A stretch of 64,000 nt of DNA, filler included, from Collodictyon triciliatum (lineage: Eukaryota): NCBI GenBank assembly GCA_043381765.1. It is 18 parts of 18 records of this genome, joined end to end, with 100 filler letters (N's around TTAATTAATTAA, not from the genome) between each part and the next. Parts side by side here need not be neighbours in the genome. Positions count along the whole stretch, not along the records: positions 1 to 3,466 come from JBHJMP010007294.1; positions 3,567 to 7,025 come from JBHJMP010007295.1; positions 7,126 to 10,734 come from JBHJMP010007296.1; positions 10,835 to 14,293 come from JBHJMP010007297.1; 14 more parts are not named here. One strand, 5' to 3'. The position numbers and the translations under genes were made by a program. Every line of letters begins with the position of its first letter. Positions within the stretch are counted from its first letter, which is position 1. The notes below the pieces were generated by a model. It was not told where the DNA came from. It made no database searches and saw only the letters and a program-made list of their open reading frames with translations. This document shows, piece by piece, positions 1 through 12,829 of the stretch.

Positions 1-80
1 TTCTTTTCTTTTTTTTCTTTTTTTCTTTTTTTCTTTTTTCTTTTTTCTTTTTCTGTGATGCTTTTGATGATTTGGTTTAT

Positions 81-3000
81 TTATTTTCGGGCGAGCGAGA
101 TGTCGTGCGTGGTTGTGATGGTGTTGTTTAGTGATATGAACGCGATGGCAACCTCGTATCCTATTGTGCAGAATCATACTTTTGATTAAACAATCCTTTT
201 TTTTTATATGTGTCGTAGTAGATTAAGTCCAAAGAGTGGAACACTTTGGACCCTGCGTTTATCAAAGTCAAAAAAAAAAAGCGAGGCAACTAAGCGCGGC
301 TGTGATTTGATTGTCGCAGCGCATTAGCCCATGGGATTACAAACAGCCTTCAAAAAAAAATCATAAAGAAAAGAGAGTAAATGCATCAAAAAGCCGTTAG
401 ACGAAAGGATGATTCATACCTGGAGCAGAGAAGATGAAGGTGTATTTGCCATCCGGGAGGAATATGTTATATCTTCCAAACATAGAGTTCGAGTGACGGC
501 TTTCACCCTTGGACCACATCACTTCACGGACTACGAAAAACAAAGGAAAAGGAAAAACACAGTAGGGAGTATGCATGAAACATGAGCCTTAGAGTTTACA
601 TATCCAATCGCCACTGCTATGTCTGAAGAGGAAAAGAATGGAGATGGACAGCAAAGAAAGAGACGAGGAAGGTGTAGGCGATAAAATTATATAAAGTATC
701 ATTTCAAATAGGTGGTTTGCAGATTGCAAAAAGAAAATATATGAAACGTCATACCGTCGATCCTTGCGACAACTGGTTCCCCCGTATCCTTATCAGTGAC
801 CCGGCCAGTCAAAGGAATTGGTTTGGTTAAGACCGCTACGGCCAAAGGCCAGATACGGTCGGCTTCTGCTAGAGTTCGTTGATACCTATGAATATAATGA
901 ATTGGTAGCGAAGGATAAGAGCAGGGAAAATATATAGGACCACAAATCAATGAAATTTTCTTATATTTAACGTTATCATTCTCACGATGGCTGGAACTCA
1001 GTTTCCGTTTCTACCAAAAAAGCGTAATTTGTCAGTTCTTTGATAGAGAATTCTTGATGTTCTCCGTCAGCGCTACAGATTGAGAAACCGATAAGAAAGT
1101 ATACATTGAGTTCAATAAATGAATTGCGATAATAATTGTGGAATCTGAAAAGCACAGATGCTAACCTGGGCGCACGGGACTCATACCCAATCAAACGTGC
1201 CAACGCAGTTCCTTCAGAGGAAATATAGTCATCGATTATATGTGGAATCTGTTCACAACTGCACACATCAGAATGATAAGATCTTGGAATTAGTTGGGAA
1301 TCCCCATTTATGAATCCCGAAACATATTAATGTACTTGCAAGATATAAAATGTACATAAAGTAAACATATATACATGTGGCAAATAAAGGGACGAAAAAA
1401 AATAATGTAAATGACAATTCAAAATAATTGGCGCAGAGAAATAGTATATGAAGGAAGAAGACCTGTAAGATACTAAAACACTTCTTCCCGGTGAATGGAA
1501 GTCAATCACCTTTGCAAAGTTTCTTCGGCGACTGAATTGTACCATATTCTGTATTGAATTGGGGAAAAAAACACACACACAAAATAGCAGAAGCGGTCCT
1601 TAGAATTAGTGCTACTTTTTATCGTTGCTTTTGAAGGTGGACACGTTTAGACATATAAACACAATAAATGTGAACTTACCTTGGTCTCCTGTTCAGAAAT
1701 GGCAGAATGACCTCGGAACGTGTCACTTGAAGGGCTTTTGAGTTATAGGCGTAAATAGAAATATAAATATAAATACATCACAAGATACCCAAAAAATTTT
1801 AATATCCATATCTTACATTTGTATAATATTGTCACATCCCGTATAAATTAAGAAAAATAAACTGGACATGAAAATGAATCATATAGGTGTATAAATTACA
1901 TACATGATATTTCCACTGCATATCCCGTCCCAGCCCAAATCGTAATTCCGATTCAGATCAATCTTAACGACGAAATATATGGTAGACATATGTTTAGTAA
2001 AAATCAACGCTGCAGCGAGGAATGACAATTAGCATAACACATACCCCGGCACCGAGTCCAGAAACTTGGTGCCGATTCTTTCTCCACCTTTTGATGTATA
2101 TTGTATGATTTTCAGTGTTTAAAATATTTTCGTATTTGTTTACAAAATATGATATGCTTCGTGATGTATTGCGTTAATTTTTTTTATAACTTCGAATTAC
2201 ATGTTATTTGAACGCCAAACATATTCTAGGCCGTCTATTGCACAATTCAGGGGGGGAAATGTTATCTCAAATTGGTGGGTTAAAAAAATTTAAAAATAGA
2301 TGTATATTAGGTTGACCAGGATTCCAAACTGGCGCGAGGAAGATTTCATTATTGTCGACGTAGTCTCGGATATCACCATTCCTGTAATATATTAAAACGA
2401 AATCACAAAAAAAAAAAAAAAGGCTTATAGTGGGAAAAGTGTGCCTCCTGTCACGATACCTCTTTCTATATTAATAGATAGTTTATGCAAATGATTTTAA
2501 TTTGGTGTATTTCATGAATATTTGAAAGTGTGATAGTACGTCTCGTAGTTTTCAGTTAATCTTCTGATCAATTCCAAGACTATTTCAGGCGTCACAATCT
2601 CCCTGGAAAACGAGGTGGTATAAATAGTATATTTTAATTTTGCTACAAAAATAAAGTTCGGGCTGCGTAAAATGGTGCAATAAAACAGCAAGAAACATTA
2701 CCTAGCGTGGTGTAGAGCAACGAAGAGTATCTAAGAGCATGGTTGGAGTGTCATATATCAGTTATTTGAATAAGTGAGATAATTTTCCTTCACGTGAAAA
2801 AAATAGAGGTATTTTCATATGGTACGAATAGAATATGTGTGCTCTAATTGATGTATGGTTTGTATCACATTTGGTTCATCTTCGTCCACATCAACATTAT
2901 CAGATATTTTTAGAGCAAGCATGGGACGATTCTATGTTGTATTTAAGTGAGTTTCGTCAAAAATCAATTTGGGTGTAGAGAAATATGTGAATGGAATAAA

Positions 3001-3190
3001 CTTCAAAGTAAATAAATAACTAAAGTTTTGGATTTTTTTGAATAATAAAAAAGGCACTTCATGAGTATTTCCAACACCGTATTCAGCCCCAACATCCACC
3101 AGCTTTGCAATCGTAGGGTATCTACTTGCTGTCTCGGAAAGAATTTGGTTGATGGAATCCAAGTCATGATATCCTGTCGGCAACACTTCC
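81..3190 (-). CDS. Zinc carboxypeptidase, family M14 (carboxypeptidase T-like) with C-terminal beta-sandwich; ~14 exons, 5' end not resolved
   Basis: GT-AG splicing gives GYHDLDSINQIL...RPMLALKISDN...ILFVALHHARE (HxxE)...APVWNPDGLEY...WRKNR...IDLNRNY...AISEQETK...IDFHS...FLVETE...LTGRVTDKDTGEPV...SAPGYE...LARK*. Stop at 81-83, followed by AATAAA. Confidence 0.9.
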
Positions 3191-3466
3191 CTAGTATTTG
3201 AGTTATGTTAAAAGTAGTAATCAGAATTCGATCATACATAGGATAAATCTTTCTGATCATCCAACGTGAAATTACTTGAATTTTTAAAATTGGAAGAAAA
3301 AACAGTGATATGGATAACAGCGAGGAAAGGTTTTTGTTTTTGTTTTTTGTTTTTTGTTTTTTGTTTTTTGTTATTTGTTTTTGTTATTTGTTTTTGTTAT
3401 TTGTTTTTGTTATTTGTTTTTGTTATTTGTTTTTGTTATTTGTTTTTGTTATTTGTTTTTGTTATT

Positions 3467-3567
3467 NNNNNNNNNNNNNNNNNNNNNNNNNNNNNNNNNN
3501 NNNNNNNNNNTTAATTAATTAANNNNNNNNNNNNNNNNNNNNNNNNNNNNNNNNNNNNNNNNNNNNA
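3467..3567. other. Artificial contig spacer (N-run, TTAATTAATTAA, N-run); recurs about every 3.5 kb through the window
   Basis: The same 12-mer, giving stops in all six frames and flanked by N runs, occurs at ~3511, 7070, 10779, 14338, 17896, 21453, 25009, 28563, 32116, 35668, 39220, 42769, 46318, 49868, 53417, 56964 and 60512. Confidence 0.98.
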
Positions 3568-3614
3568 AGCGCATAAGATAAAAGACAGCGTAATTCAAGA
3601 TAAAAAAAAAAAAA

Positions 3615-3699
<85 letters not shown>

Positions 3700-3950
3700 A
3701 ACGAAAAGAAATGAAAAGAGAAAATTTTTTTCCTTTATTCGATTCAAAATGAAAAGAGAAATGAAAAGAAAAGAAAAAGAAAAGAAAAGAAAAAGAAAAG
3801 AAAAAGAAAAGAAAAGAAAAACAAAAAACAAATAACACGGGCAAGCCCAACAATCAAGACAGCTGGTAAGGAAACACCACCAACTCGGATCTATATCAAC
3901 CAGGCGGAAGTGCGAGAGAGAGAGAGAGCTAGAGCTAGATAGAAAGACAA

Positions 3951-4893
3951 ATGGCTGAGCAGCGCGTCTCCACCTTGATCATCGGAGCCGGAATGGCGGG
4001 CGTAACCACGGCGTACAAACTGGTGCGAACGCACGGACACAAAGCAACGCGCCCAGACCTGCTGATTCTGGAGGGACGCGATCGCGCAGGAGGCCGCATG
4101 CACACGCGCTTCGACTTTGGGGCAGACGGAAAAGGCATCATCGACTGCGGGGCGAGCTGGCTGCACACGCCGCGGGAAGAGCTCGGGCGCAATCCACTGC
4201 ATCAGGTAGCAGAGGAGCTCGGGATCCAACTCTCCGAGGATGACGGGCTGTCGGGAGATCTGGACCACATCTACGACGGGGTGCGGGGCGAGTTCATCCC
4301 GGCCGAGTTTGTGGGCCACGCCTTCGAGTGGCTGCTGCGGATCGTGGACTACGTGGACTCTACGTTCTCGGGCAAGACGAAGGGCGCGGCAAACCCGTCT
4401 GTGGCCGACGCCGTCCAGCCGCTCGTGGCGCACTGGCTCAGTCTCGGCCCCGACGGCGCGCCTGCGCACTCACCCGCCGCCCGGCCCGACCCTGCCTGGC
4501 CCGAGCGCCCCGACCCGATCGATCTGCCCGAGGGCTGGACGTGGCCCGACTTCATCGCCACCATGCGCCGCCTCATGCGCTGGAATCTGCGCGTCATGGA
4601 GCAGATCGACTCTGCCGTCCTCACCCGCATCTCTGCCGCCCAGTGGGACGCCATCACATTCATCTCCGACGAGGACCGCCTCGTTCCCGGCGGATACATC
4701 CAGTACATCACCCGCATGTCGGCCTTTTTCCCGCAGGCCATTGAGTTCAACAAGGTGTGTGCGATTTGTGTGTGATTTATGTGTGATTTGCGTGTCCTAC
4801 ACTGGGTTGTGTCGTCGCACCTATCCTCATCTGTCTGTTCTTTGGTTCTCTGCTTTTGTCTGGTCACTATTATTTCTATCTCTGTTACCGCCA

Positions 4894-4981
<88 letters not shown>

Positions 4982-6438
4982 TATAAGGTTGTTTGTTTCC
5001 CGGAGCATATGATTCTGAGTCGATAATGGGTAGATAGGTGTGCTGAATCCCAATAAATTCGTATCAATAGATCGTCACCTCTGTGGAGACAAATCCGGGT
5101 GCAGTTGATGGATACAAGGTTGTGGTTCGCACTTCGGATGGGGCTGTCTATCACGCCCAGCGTGTGGTGGTGACTGTCCCGTTGGGGGTTTTAAAGGCGC
5201 AAAAGGTTATACAATGACACAAACGAACGAAGGCCTATTTTAATCGACCTATAAATCCACAACCTAAGCACGTGCACACACATAAATATACATATATATT
5301 CTTCATATACCCACTTGTTCTTTTTCCTTTTTTCTTCTTCTTACTCTTACTCTTACTCTTACTCTTACTATTTGCCATTCTCTATCTCATGCATGACCTG
5401 ACTGCGAATATTTCTGCATAGATTCGATTCGAACCCCCTCTGCCTCAGGCCAAACAATTAGCTATCCAACGCATCGGGTATGGTCTGCTTGATAAGGTCT
5501 TTGTCGAGTTTCCGAAGCAGTTTTGGTCGGAAGATATGAGAGTGTTTGGATATCTGCACGACGGTCCTCTTGATTTGCCTTACACGATGAACTATGGTCA
5601 TTTGAACGGCCGCCCCACCCTCCTCTTCCTTATCAGCTGTGACTACGCAGAGCATGCAGAGACAGTTCCGGTTGAGGAAGTTGTCAAGTCCATCCTGGCC
5701 ATCCTCCGAAAATCCTTCGGGGCAGAAAATGTGATTCTTGTTTCACAAATTCAGCGGTCATAGCCCTCTAAACAACTTATATATGTTAAGTTATCCTAGT
5801 TGAGGACCGCATCAAGCCCACTGCAACCGAACATGACTCTAATTTCATGGTACGCACCTAGGTTCCCGAGCCTGTTTCCTATCATATGACAAGATGGAGA
5901 AGCGATCCCTTGGCCTTGGGGTCGTACAGTTACATCCCGCCAGACTCCAGTTTGGATGACTGCGCAGAGCTTTTCAGGCCTATCGGCCGGTAAGAACGAG
6001 ATGAGCCTCAATGATAGCTGTCGTTACCCCAGCAAACAATATTATATAAAACACTACAGAGTTTATACAATTTAATTCAACTGCATAATACGTATGCATA
6101 GAAATTGATATCACCCTACTTTCAAAAATTGAAGAATAAGGATATTCAAAATATATCGGCATAGCAAAGAATGAAAATTCTATGCGCATAATTGCCACTC
6201 TTCTCTCTTTGTGTATTATTATTATTATTCTTATTATTATTCTTATTATTATCATCATCATCACCATCATCACCATCACCATCACCATCAACGTAACATT
6301 TCCTTTAGAGAAATCTACTTCGCCGGAGAGGCTGCCAACGGGGCGGGATATGGCACAGTCCACGGGGCGTACTGGTCCGGGGTAGAAGCTGCCAACGAGA
6401 TTGCCAAGGGACTGAGTCTGCCACCCCCAAAGTTGTAG
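3951..6438 (+). CDS. Flavin-containing amine oxidase (polyamine oxidase/LSD1-type fold); 5 exons
   Basis: IIGAGMAG dinucleotide-binding motif, LEGRDRAGGR, DCGASWLH, VVVTVPLGVLK, TRWRSDPLALGSYS, YFAGEA...GTVHGAYWSG. Exons ~3951-4755, 5071-5205, 5422-5730, 5862-5988, 6309-6438. Confidence 0.92.
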
Positions 6439-6858
6439 AAACCCCCCGCAAGGACACCGGGCGTGCTCCCAGTCCCCCGGAGTTGTTGTCGTCGCCACGC
6501 ACGAGGTTTAAGCAAACGCATCCAAAACTTGAATTCACGGCAGAGCACCAACCGCCATCAACTCCCGGTATTGAAATCCCTATGGAATAAACAGACACAA
6601 TGACGTCGATCTTTGGCCGAGTGGAGCAAAGGGATACTTTATTGTGGTGTGAAGAGAAGTCTTATCCTTCAGAGCTTTTCTTTCTTTTTTCTTAAGGCGG
6701 ATGAAAGTATGATGGGAAAGATGTTTAAATTCATGCTTCTTTCTCGATTTCACTTTCTCAGGGTAGAGTCAAACACACGAAGGGAATGGTGAAGGAGGCA
6801 TAACGGTGCGTGATTGGGGGATGTTGCACGGAGGAGTGATGGCCTTGCTGCCGAATAA

Positions 6859-7025
6859 TTATATGGGCATCTCGAAGGAGACCTTGATGGACAGGCTGCG
6901 GGCCATCTCGTTGATCTGGGCCATGCGGACCGCCTTGATGGCTGCATCGTCGAGGTCGGTGGCGCTGATCATCTTGAGGCCGCTCTCCTCAATGATGCGG
7001 GCTCCTTCAGTGCGGTTGGTGCCTG
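6859..7025 (-). CDS. Succinyl-CoA ligase beta subunit, C-terminal fragment (truncated by contig end)
   Basis: GTNRTEGARIIEESGLKMISATDLDDAAIKAVRMAQINEMARSLSIKVSFEMPI* matches the SCS-beta C-terminus (GTN...G..I...SGL......LD.AA), with an ADP-forming-type extension. Confidence 0.85.
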
Positions 7026-7125
7026 NNNNNNNNNNNNNNNNNNNNNNNNNNNNNNNNNNNNNNNNNNNNTTAATTAATTAANNNNNNNNNNNNNNNNNNN
7101 NNNNNNNNNNNNNNNNNNNNNNNNN

Positions 7126-7510
7126 TGTGAATGGCGATGTAGATTTGGTGTCTAGAGACAAACCGCAAAGAGTGCTTGCATCACTCACCAGCGTTTTTGA
7201 TGCAAAGAGATTTTCAATGAACTTGCCTCTTAAAAGTGACGGCTCCCAAGAGAAATGGAAGGACATTCGTACTATTGGAGGAGATATCAATATTCAAAAT
7301 ACCGTGTGCTTGGGTGATGACAATAAGCATATCCTGTTCTCTCTTGGGGCCATATCGAGCGATGAGGATTTCATTGGATTCTGCGAGGATGGAAAGTGCA
7401 CGCGTTTTCAAGCCGAGTGGATGGCTCATCTATATGAGCAAGCTTTGGTCGTGGAGAAGAGCGAGGAGAAAACTGCAGAGTGGAAAGCACTAGTGGCTTC
7501 AAGGCAATAA
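7126..7510 (+). CDS. C-terminal fragment of an unknown protein
   Basis: 127-codon open frame from the contig start to TAA with coding-like composition; no recognised motif. Confidence 0.45.
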
Positions 7511-9635
7511 ATCAACCAAAATTGCAATTATCAGACATCTATTGTCTGTATTTAATACATATATCCTGATTCAGCGCACCAGTTCGAAATCACAAGCACA
7601 AAAATATCTTCAGGCGTTGTAGAGGGAAAAAAATCGGGTGCTTTATAGTTGAATCAAAAGGATATTCTCTCATTTGTGTATGAAATGTTGAAACCATATT
7701 GAAATGATAAAGATACATGCATCATATTGGTAAAAAAAAAAAAAGAGGTATTTTAGGTGGGCAAATAAAGAGTATTTTATTCTATTTTGCGCACGTTTTT
7801 TTTTTTGAAGGAAAGTAGCACGTCAAGCACAAACACTTATTTATCTAGGATTTCGGGGGCTATGACACTAGTTTTTTCAAAAGTATACATATAGAGGTGT
7901 ATATATGTTTTTATATGTGCTTGTATATGATGCAGATGTCAATTAATCCTCACAACACGTCGGGAAAAATGCACCAGTGCTCTCCTATTTTGATTGGGAT
8001 GCAAGCGTGGAGAGCTCAAATTCATTTTTGATACCAAGCATGCATCCTGCTATTGCACCATGTTTCCCTGAACGCACCATGGAAAAGAATCTGGAACGTT
8101 CGTAAGACTACGACTATTTTCGTTCGATTTTTTTCCTTAGCTTCTGTAAAAGAAAGTAATTGAAACCAATCACATATCTGTTGGGCGATATATNNNNNNN
8201 NNNNNNNNNNNNNNNNNNNNNNNNNNNNNNNNNNNNNNNNNNNNNNNNNNNNNNNNNNNNNNNNNNNNNNNNNNNNNNNNNNNNNNNNNNNNNNNNNNNN
8301 NNNNNNNNNNNNNNNNNNNNNNNNNNNNNNNNNNNNNNNNNNNNNNNNNNNNNNNNNNNNNNNNNNNNNNNNNNNNNNNNNNNNNNNNNNNNNNNNNNNN
8401 NNNNNNNNNNNNNNNNNNNNNNNNNNNNNNNNNNNNNNNNNNNNNNNNNNNNNNNNNNNNNNNNNNNNNNNNNNNNNNNNNNNNNNNNNNNNNNNNNNNN
8501 NNNNNNNNNNNNNNNNNNNNNNNNNNNNNNNNNNNNNNNNNNNNNNNNNNNNNNNNNNNNNNNNNNNNNNNNNNNNNNNNNNNNNNNNNNNNNNNNNNNN
8601 NNNNNNNNNNNNNNNNNNNNNNNNNNNNNNNNNNNNNNNNNNNNNNNNNNNNNNNNNNNNNNNNNNNNNNNNNNNNNNNNNNNNNNNNNNNNNNNNNNNN
8701 NNNNNNNNNNNNNNNNNNNNNNNNNNNNNNNNNNNNNNNNNNNNNNNNNNNNNNNNNNNNNNNNNNNNNNNNNNNNNNNNNNNNNNNNNNNNNNNNNNNN
8801 NNNNNNNNNNNNNNNNNNNNNNNNNNNNNNNNNNNNNNNNNNNNAAAAAAAAAAAGCAATTTACTAATGGTATTTTTATGTATTCAAATAAGAGGAAAAA
8901 TGTATATATTTATTCTAGAAGATATTCCAAAAGTTGGGAAATAAACGAAATGTACGATTGCTAGACCTGATATATATGTATTACCTTTATTAATTAAATT
9001 GAGGATTCCAGTCTATCAGGCTCTGGGCACCTTAACAAACTGATTTTTATCCTAATCCCCTTTGTATGCCGGATTAAGCATTTTTCAGAGCTATTTAACC
9101 CTAAAGAGCAATTCTTTTCAATCAATATACTAAAAAAAAAAAAAAAACACACGGTGAGTGCATAGGCTGCCGCCTTTTTTGTATAGAAAAAAATATTTTC
9201 CAAGTTCTGGTAAAATTTCAAATATCCATTTCCATACAGACAAAATTTCTACAATTATTGTCTTTTTCAGATGTAGGTGCCTTAGGTAATCGTGAATGCA
9301 GTAGGTAAATGTTCGAAGAAAAATCAGAAGACCATGCTGAAGAGACTGATATTGCCATATGTTTATCGTAATATGCGAAAAAGAGATATTGTTTCATGTG
9401 ATGGGAGTAGAGCAAGATTATGAATATCGGTAAAGCTAAAAGTTACATTTGGATATTCATTTGCTCAATGAGCTGAAAAGTCATCTTCATATTTCAGAAA
9501 CATCAGAATTGTACAAGGAACGAAGGCCACCACTTCCCGAAAGAACCCTGCGTCGAGAGGCTTGTAGAATAGCTGGAGCATAGAGATGGTGGGAAGTGCG
9601 ACATGAATAATCTTAGGAGTACATCCAAGGAACTG

Positions 9636-9895
9636 GAATGAAAAGGAAAGGAATGAAAAGGAATGAAAAGGAATGAAAAGGAATGAAAAGGAATGAAAAG
9701 GAATGAAAAGGAATGAAAAGGAATGAAAAGGAATGAAAAGGAATCAAAAGGAATCAAAAGGAATCAAAAGGAATCAAAAGGAATCAAAAGGAATCAAAAG
9801 GAATCAAAAGGAATCAAAAGGAATCAAAAGGAATGAAAAGGAATCAAAAGGAATCAAAAGGAATCAAAAGGAATGAAGAGGAATGAAAAGGAATG
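9636..9895 (+). repeat. 10-bp tandem repeat (GGAATGAAAA / GGAATCAAAA)
   Basis: Directly visible tandem array with two variant units. Confidence 0.95.
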
Positions 9896-10569
9896 AAACA
9901 AACAGACAGCAGCAGCGACAGGTCTCACAGGTTCCACCGCCATGTAGCCTGCACTTTCAACCCTCATACAGAAAAGTACACATACCTAATATAGAAATAG
10001 CGCAATTCACATACATAGCGGCAGAATCCGGATGAAGTTTGATAATTGGATCCCGTTTCGCAATCCAAACGACTTAACAAAATCACCCCATCAGAGCTAG
10101 GAAGTCATAAGACCATGAAGCATCTTCTACGACAAAGAAGCAGACATGATCATGAAACACACGGGATGAACCAGTATTGTGAAGCAACGCTGAGAGTTTA
10201 GTTAGGAAGTACGTTAGATCACCTGCAAACTACTGACAGCTGTGTTCCTTTTAATCGACTAGAACCATGGCGAATCTCCACGACCCTCATCAACAACTCC
10301 CTGAAAGAATCGGAGAACTGATCCAAGACCCAAGAGAAACTTATAGATTGAGAGCAGAGTGTATGAAGCTTGTGCCTGGCTGGAGATGTGTAACTATCTT
10401 TTTCTATGCACAATACTTTTCCTTTTGCTGCTTATCTATGCTTTTGAGAGGCTAGTCCCCTGCAATTCTATTCATCGTCCTATTACAAAGTTTGTCCTTG
10501 AGCTCTGTTTTGGAAAGGGTTTAAACGTACCAAGTTTTCTCCAGGGCTGCATAGATCAGCTCATTACTG

Positions 10570-10734
<165 letters not shown>

Positions 10735-11722
10735 NNNNNNNNNNNNNNNNNNNNNNNNNNNNNNNNNNNNNNNNNNNNTTAATTAATTAANNNNNNNNNN
10801 NNNNNNNNNNNNNNNNNNNNNNNNNNNNNNNNNNAGCTTGAAACTCCACACACCGATGACAGTCCGAGCAAGCAGAAGCGTATGTTTCTAAAACCACAAA
10901 CGCGTATCCATACTCCGGTTAAGCAAAGTCCACTGCCGGCTACGCATGGCTCCGAAACCAGGGGATGGTCAAGCGCCGCTTCCGATAATGCCAGACAGAT
11001 AAAGGTGTATCGCTTTTTGTCTGAGTCGCCCAGCAAGAAACGCAAGGAAAGTGACTCTTTGTCCTCTCAAAAGACTTATCCAGTGGAATGAAATAGGATG
11101 TAAACCTTGTCTAAGATAGATGGTTGAATGGACTCGCCGGAATCGATTCGAGAAGTAACTGCCATGTGCGTACTTTCATACACCCGACAACTTTATCCGG
11201 TCTTCTGCCAGTCTCGAATACAACCAGAAATCGCATTAGAGCTGATTCACCACGGGTAGAATAGTCTGCGTGTGAGAACACTTTCTCTCCTTTCTATCTT
11301 GTCTTTTTCTTTTTTTCCTTCCACCCAAAACACAAAAAACCCAACCACAAAATCCGAAGGATTCCACTGTCTCTTCCACAGCTCATTTCTTGTCCTAGAG
11401 GCGAAGGCGGTTACCTCGGCTTTGCTTCATCATAAATTGAAAATTTTAACGAGAAATGAAAATCTAGTGATATTGAAAATTGACTGAATATAGGCTACAA
11501 AAAACACTACCGACTGATGTTTTAAACATATTTCAGCCAGGCTGATACGTCAATAGTTAGCTTCACAAATCCCATTTTACTCTGTAAATAGTATCTTTTC
11601 ATGGATTTCGATACCAAACTAAAAATTTGATATCCGATTCTTAAGGACAAGCTTTTATAGATGACTTATCCTGTCTCTTAAGATTTAATTTTGGTTTATT
11701 ATCACAGACGCCCCTTGAGTAA

Positions 11723-12829
11723 TTATCTGCACAATGACGAAACATTCTTAGGGGACATGATAACGACCTCAAAATTTTCAAGGCAGATATTGTGGACTCT
11801 TTCTTGGTCAAGGCATGTCAATGATTTAGTACCTACACTGCACTTTGAACCTTGAAACTCTGGCCTACAAATTCCAAGGCGGTATTTGTACCAATTTTTT
11901 GACAGATTGGAGTGCCGATTTGCAAAGAATTGTTTTGAAGACGCAAGTATGTAACCATCTACAATCCCATCAGCGTATATACCCATGTCATTCAAAGAGA
12001 GATTAAATGTAACGGCAGAGTATTTTTCAATAATGGATATGCCCAGTTCTTTATCTTGCCAATCAGTTGCAAGGAAAACTGATTTTGTTACATTCTTATT
12101 AAGTTTGGCATCGATTATCCCTTCTATCTCGATGGCTGACATCTTGCAAGCTCCTTCCCATCGCCGTAAATGTATAGCTGCATACGGTTTCACAAGATTG
12201 TATTTAATCCAGTTTTCGGCAATTGTTATCAACTTATCAACAGGCTTAAAATATGTTAAGAGTCTTAAATATTCTGAATCAGGGATACTCCATCGGTACG
12301 GGACACCAACTTGAAGATGAATAGCAGTTTCATTTTTCAATGTTCTTTGAAGCCAACTGTGCGTAAACTTTTTGTCAAATCTTATGTTTGGAATCTCAGT
12401 CCTTAGTTTTACATCTAGGCTACCCAATGAAGGGAAAATTTTCGAATAGTATTCATCGACGAAAATAAAGCTTGGATATTTCTCTAAAAATAACTCTTTG
12501 TTATAATATTTCTCAAAAGGAACATTCCCTAAGTCAGTAATACTTGTCCCGTTCACTAAATGTTCATTCCACCCAGGAAACACTAAAACTCTATTTAGAG
12601 ACTTACTCCAGTACATGGCACTTATCATGGTGATAAGTTGATTATTGAGCCTGCCCATTAAATTGTTGTACACAAAGTATTTATTGAGAGTCAAGTGTGA
12701 GTTTGTATCAGACAATCTCAGGTGCGAATCAGTTAAAATTATGTTTCCTCTCAACTTACCATCCTGAATCCTTGCAAAGCCCAACTGAGGTAGAAGCAAG
12801 AAAAAGACCAAACGGGGTAGTTTGTCCAT
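11723..12829 (-). CDS. GDP-fucose O-fucosyltransferase-like protein (POFUT/O-FucT fold), apparently intronless, with signal peptide
   Basis: 368-aa ORF with hydrophobic N-terminus. MGRLNNQLITMISAMYWSKSLNRVLVFPGW (compare POFUT1 GRFGNQ...AK.LNRTL..P.W), YAAIHLRR, VFLATD and DGYILASSKQFFANRHSNLS. Confidence 0.85.
   Translation of the reverse strand: MDKLPRLVFFLLLPQLGFARIQDGKLRGNIILTDSHLRLSDTNSHLTLNKYFVYNNLMGRLNNQLITMISAMYWSKSLNRVLVFPGWNEHLVNGTSITDLGNVPFEKYYNKELFLEKYPSFIFVDEYYSKIFPSLGSLDVKLRTEIPNIRFDKKFTHSWLQRTLKNETAIHLQVGVPYRWSIPDSEYLRLLTYFKPVDKLITIAENWIKYNLVKPYAAIHLRRWEGACKMSAIEIEGIIDAKLNKNVTKSVFLATDWQDKELGISIIEKYSAVTFNLSLNDMGIYADGIVDGYILASSKQFFANRHSNLSKNWYKYRLGICRPEFQGSKCSVGTKSLTCLDQERVHNICLENFEVVIMSPKNVSSLCR

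Noticed and set aside
3266-3853. Poly-F/Y/N/K and VCLF-type ORFs in the track (also near 10359, 17900, 29852, 35729, 39220, 53069)
   Set aside because: They are translations of microsatellites and N runs.
8194-8844. ORFs 8160-8867 and 8170-8859
   Set aside because: They span an assembly gap of Ns.
10835-11260. Ser/Pro/Lys-rich reading frame at contig start
   Set aside because: Interrupted by several stops with no recognisable domain; cannot be called a gene or an element.
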